DNA of 63,989 nucleotides, the filler included, from Basidiobolus ranarum (Eukaryota), in the NCBI GenBank assembly GCA_040143965.1. It is 4 parts of 4 records of this genome, joined end to end, with 100 filler letters (N's around TTAATTAATTAA, not from the genome) between each part and the next. Parts side by side here need not be neighbours in the genome. Positions count along the whole stretch, not along the records: positions 51,144 to 63,989 come from JASJQH010000517.1; 3 more parts are not named here. One strand, given 5' to 3'. Position 1 is the first letter of the stretch. Each line of letters opens with the position of its first letter. The position numbers and the translations under genes are program-made. The notes under the pieces are model-generated. The model saw only the letters and a program-made list of their open reading frames with translations, ran no database searches and was not told where the DNA came from. Of this stretch, positions 61,260 to 63,989 are shown piece after piece.

Positions 61260-63987
61260 TCAAGTTCGTAATTCAAGTTCGATCCACGATCCGTCAACTC
61301 TACGGCCTCTAACATGGTTGGCGTGCGGTGAGAGCTCTAAATCCATAATGTATGGCCTAGACAAATGCAATGACAACAGATGCGAATTTAGTAGTGGATA
61401 TGGAAGCATGGTATAGAGAATAAATCATACTGGGTTAGCTCTGCAAGAATATTCTCCACCATCACATCACAGCGCAGCTCCTCAAGCGGTAAATCACGAT
61501 CACAAATGGGGCATTCCCATGTTGGCTTGACCGCATTCACTTGTAAGTAGGCATGAAGATCAAAACACTAGCAGATTACGAAAGCTCAATCGTTAGGACA
61601 TAATGACGAATAACGAGCATTTCAATCAAAAACATTACCCCAGCATGTCGGCATCGTACTCCTTTGACAGGTGTATGGATTCTTTGGTGATTAATTGGGC
61701 ATCGAAGACTAAGCCGAACCGAAGGTTGGAAAATCTTTAGCTCGTCAGCACTTTCGGCAGCGCACTCTGCAATGCTAGACTGAGGTTGGTCCTTATTGAC
61801 TGATGGTCTTATAGCTGGTCGATTTGAGCCACCGAATATATTGGAGTGTTTGGAAGCTAAACTTTGAACTGTAATGAAATGTTATGATAACGTCAAACAA
61901 GAAGTGGTCTTTCGCAGAATATATGTACCTAATGCCCTTCCCTCTTCAGCTTTGATACATCTGTTTACCAAATCATTCAGCAACAGATTGATGGATTTGT
62001 AAACGTTGACCTTGATGGCAATACAGACATTCTGTGGATAGCAAGGATCAACGAGTGCCGAATCAACTAGATCTCTATGAATTGAAATGTTACCTGTAAT
62101 AACTGCAAGCCGTCATCGTTGTTTTCGGTACTGAATCGCAAAGTATTTTTTTTCAAGCAAAGATTCGATATATCAATGTAATGTCGCTCACGGTGCTTTT
62201 GAAGCTCAGTCTCAAGTGATATGTCACTATCATTCAAGGAAAACTTCAACTTGGGCCATGGTAGATTGATGTCTTTCTTGGATATCGTTAGAAACACTCC
62301 AACAGGTTCAAGTGACTGCATCACCTCTCGACTTCTAGAACGGTCAAATTGGAAATGAATTTAGTTAAAATGAACCCGTAATCAGGAGTGCTCACCGAAC
62401 ATACTTAGATAAGGATTTTAATTCGACTTCGGTCATGGTAAAGTTTACCTGACTTTCTGTTTCAGGTAGACAGGAAGACAACGCGAAAAATGAAATGGGA
62501 AATCTTCGAAGAATCGGAAGCTCTTTGGCTGGCTCGATATGTGCGACGAGCTCATAGTTCTCTTCCTTGATCTCAATCGAGGAGTTTTCTCGTTTGAGAA
62601 GCTCTAGTATTTCGATCTCCGCCTCAGTATAATCTTCTTCTGTCTTTACGGCAACTGTTTCTTCCTGTTTCTTGGGATTCACGGCACCACCGATTCTTCG
62701 GAGCATCTCCCCGGTGTCTCCAATTGATAGAGCTGGAGAATCGGGAATTGTGTTGTTTATGGAAGTGTAGAGACTTGTGATACTTTGTTCGGGATTTCCT
62801 TGAAGGAAGTTGGAGTTGGGTACCGTCGAGGATGTTATTGGATCAGGGTTATACGTAAATTGCGAATCGTACTCCATTGAGGACAATATGGGTGGTAAAT
62901 CTACAGGGTTGTTCGAGAGCTCACACATCGTGTAGTACATACGAATAATGATATCTAAAAACAACCATTCAGCCTTTGTTATAGATCTTCTTGTTATCAT
63001 ATATACTTACCTCTACGTCGTGGCTGGAAATGAAGCAAATGCTGACACACAACTCGTAACACCTGCCAGCCATAATTTACGTTATAGCCGAGTCTTCTAC
63101 TTTTGCGAACGATAATCTGTCAAGAACGAGGTAAAAAAGCTTAGCCGTGAATTCATCTACCAAACAGCCAAAATACCAAATTTTACTTTTAAACAATGAA
63201 TGAGAGTCTTCTCAGTGTGGAAACAATACGCCGAGTTGGTCTGACACCAGGTATAAAGCTCCATACAAGCATGAAGATAAGTACGAGACCTACCCAATTT
63301 CTGGGCTAAACCTTTAAGTCGATTGTTGATTCCCAGAATGGTGGCGTTATCATATTGACTTCTTAGTTCCGACATATTTATTCGGCTGACAATTACATCA
63401 TCACCCTGACTTGAATTTAGTTCGACAATTCTCGGTTCTGCTAAAGGTGTATGAAACGTGGTTGAATTTCGAACGTTTTCAATAGGACTAGGTTCTCGCT
63501 GATTGTGTCGAGGACTATCGTTATCTGACGAACCCTCAACGTGAAAAGGAAGCGGTAAATCGCGTTGAAAATGATTCCTTTCAGTTCCGAATAAATTATG
63601 AAGTGAAGCATTTCGAGTGGGTAGGCACTCTGAGGTGGGATTCCTTTGAAAAGAAGGCTGAGCTCGAGAGCGCGCTGGAGAGGATAATCTTTGATATGGA
63701 TGTGGTCGAGAATTTGCGAAAGAGTTACCACGTCTATAAGAATCTAATCGACGACCCGAGCCGGATGTGCTCCAAAGTGGTGCTGGATGCTGAGAATATT
63801 CTTGAGTTCTATTGTCGGGTAGAGTGCTTGTTCGTGAAAAGGTATGAAATTCGGTTGATCCAGTTCGAAGTTGAGGTGAAGTTGGTGGGAATGCTATAGA
63901 TTCCTCGACAAGTGTCTCTTCATCAGAAAACTCCTCTTCTGGAGACCAGTGACCTTCCTTAGACTTGTTGTGCGCCTCAAAGTTCAT
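61260..63987 (-). CDS. MIZ/SP-RING zinc-finger protein (PIAS/Siz/ZMIZ-like SUMO ligase family)
   Basis: LSLRCPINHQRIHTPVKGVRCRHAGCFDL..WECPICD near the C-terminus; multi-exon; start may lie beyond the window. Confidence 0.8.
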
Positions 63988-63989
63988 TC

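Overview
Intron-rich, AT-rich eukaryotic DNA with a fungal gene set, most consistent with an early-diverging (non-Dikarya) fungus; the exact taxon cannot be determined from the sequence. The window is four separate contigs (1-16952, 17053-34000, 34101-51043, 51144-end) joined by artificial 100-nt spacers (N44-TTAATTAATTAA-N44), so gene neighbourhoods are only meaningful within a segment. About 28 protein-coding genes or fragments are visible, mostly housekeeping (ALKBH1, TRM9, ETFA, EAF3, FCP1, G-beta, RPS1, DAL3, RPT5, SKP1, WDR92, transporters). The best candidate for an undescribed system is a Kex2-type repeat peptide precursor at 33573-34000 (-). It carries two identical KR-flanked 14-mers, DLHDLCGGWFCGHT (8 synonymous and 0 non-synonymous differences), a degenerate third unit in the same 168-nt register, and a detached fourth copy. 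The predicted mature peptide has an N-terminal ATCUN (XXH) motif and a CxxxxC ring. Other highlights are three U12-type (minor spliceosome) introns, a strongly base-paired ~205-nt candidate ncRNA next to RPS1, a spliced 50-aa microprotein missed by the ORF track, a half-inactivated polyprenyl synthase subunit, and a CpG-depleted Tc1-like relic.
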